Shown: in pieces, positions 62,601 to 64,000 of the stretch
How positions within the stretch are numbered: the first letter of the stretch is position 1
Layout of the letters: each line of letters starts with the position of its first letter
NCBI GenBank assembly: GCA_028534125.1
Contig: CM052818.1
Span: forward strand, 47,928,001-47,992,000
Length of the DNA stretch: 64,000 nt
DNA from: Lama glama
Taxonomy: Eukaryota
Direction of reading: 5' to 3'
The notes under the pieces: generated by a model
Seen by the model: only the letters and a program-made list of their open reading frames with translations
What the model was told of the DNA's origin: nothing
Database searches by the model: none
Position numbers and translations under genes: made by a program

Positions 62601-64000
62601 TATTGTAACAGTCATTACAATGATTGTTCCTGTCAGTAGAAGTAAGGGGAACATCACTAGAATTGGAGAGGATGGAAAAAAAAGAGCGGTAAGAGGAGTC
62701 AGAGGGATTTCAAGGAGGGGGTGAGGGCATTTGGGTGAGAGTGGTTCTGCTCTAGGTTGGTGTCTCAACCAGACTGTAAACTCTTGAGCTGATGTCTTTT
62801 GTGCGGGGCAGGACCCGTTTGCTCTCCGCCCATCATCAAGTGCAGAGGACGCAGGCAGTGCAGTGGCTAGTTGACCGACACGTCTAGCCCCAGCTGAAGC
62901 CAGGGTCACTGTGCGCAGACCCCTGAAGTCGGTATGGTTGGACTGATTGCTCATCTTCCATGTGAAGGCTCCTTAGAGTAGAGCCTTGGTTTTCTAAACC
63001 CAGTCCCTGTTTGGATGAGAATTCACCGTCTGGCTGTGCATGGCTTGGTTTCCAGTTACAACCACACCAGCCTGCATGACTCCCTTCAGCATGCTCCCAG
63101 CAAGCCCCGAGCTCCTGGAATTTGTTTAAGGCCCGTCTTTTGCAATATTAGAGAAGGGGCAGCCTTTTCACAGTTAGGGTTCTGGGAGGGCTGCTAGTAG
63201 ATGCAATGCTCCATCTCAAACCAGGACTCTGCAGGCGTCTTGCTCCTTCCAGAACTGAATGTAGGATGGTACCTGAGCTAGCACAACATTGCCTATGTAG
63301 ATTTTTTAATCATTATTTTATCATTCTTTTCAATATCATTCAGGTACTCGAGGCCTGACATCTGAGAGACAGCACATGCGAAGATACGATGTGGTGAGCG
63401 TCGGGAGCCGGTGGTGGCCGTTGCTCCCGCACCCTTGCAAACACACGGTCATGAACAGAAGTCCCCGACGTGCTCGCTCAGATGGGACCACACTCTCCTT
63501 CAATTCCAGCCCTCTCTGTCCTCAGCCACAGACCATAGGGCACAGCCACACACCCAACTTCATTCACCTTGGACTGGTCAGCCTCTGTCACAGTACCTGA
63601 CTTGCAAGAAGCCCTGTAAGTAAAAGTTAAATGAAGAGAACAAGTTAAAACAGCATTAAAGGAAGACGGCTTGGGCAGACTACGGATTTTAAGGCCTCCA
63701 CCTCAGAGGACCCGCAGTCATGTTGATGTTTTATGCTCTCTTGGATATAAAAGTCACAGCTTGCTTTCCCTCTTAGTGGCCATGTACAAAGGCTCATTTA
63801 TAATTAACAAGCAAAGCCCTTAATAGAGCAAACCAAATGTCATCTTCCCCTTTTCCTACAATACCAGGTCACTTTTCCCTCTGGATGAAAGCACTTTTGA
63901 CCCATTAAAAAAAAGTGGGATCCGTTGGGTGAATTCAGTGCAAAAAAAATACTATTTCTTGTTATATATGTTCAACTGTCTTTATCACTTTTGCCACGGT

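Noticed and set aside
1..64000. Named host gene, tRNA/rRNA/snRNA genes or a novel multi-gene system
   Set aside because: No exon or RNA gene was recognisable, so naming one would be guesswork.

Overview
This is mammalian, non-coding, repeat-rich genomic DNA (intronic or intergenic), not prokaryotic. The repeat content is MIR, L2, old L1M, MER5/MER58, MLT1 and LTR16, plus cetartiodactyl-type L1 3' ends and a MER41-like ERV1 LTR. I saw no Alu, B1, SINEC, Bov-tA, CHR-2 or PRE1 SINEs, which points to a camelid (inference from recalled consensus sequences, no database search run). I recognise no host protein-coding exon, RNA gene or CRISPR array, and almost all listed ORFs look spurious. The only recognisable protein homology is a dead LINE-1 at 34331-37377. 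It has its 5' end, a disabled ORF1 and an 11-bp target-site duplication (TSD), but lacks about 90% of ORF2, and it sits inside an ERV1-type solo LTR. Other notable items: (1) old repeats show a strong local A/T-to-G/C shift, the signature expected of GC-biased gene conversion, including a CpG-rich island lying over repeats at about 9.7-11.1 kb; (2) a perfect 20-bp duplication creates tandem STAT (GAS) motifs; (3) a MER41-like LTR carries an altered GAS motif; (4) a candidate minus-strand promoter and first exon lies at about 53.7-54.7 kb; (5) a 20-bp minisatellite spans a 100-N assembly gap. I found no convincing previously undescribed multi-gene system. Repeat boundaries are by eye and approximate unless a TSD is given.
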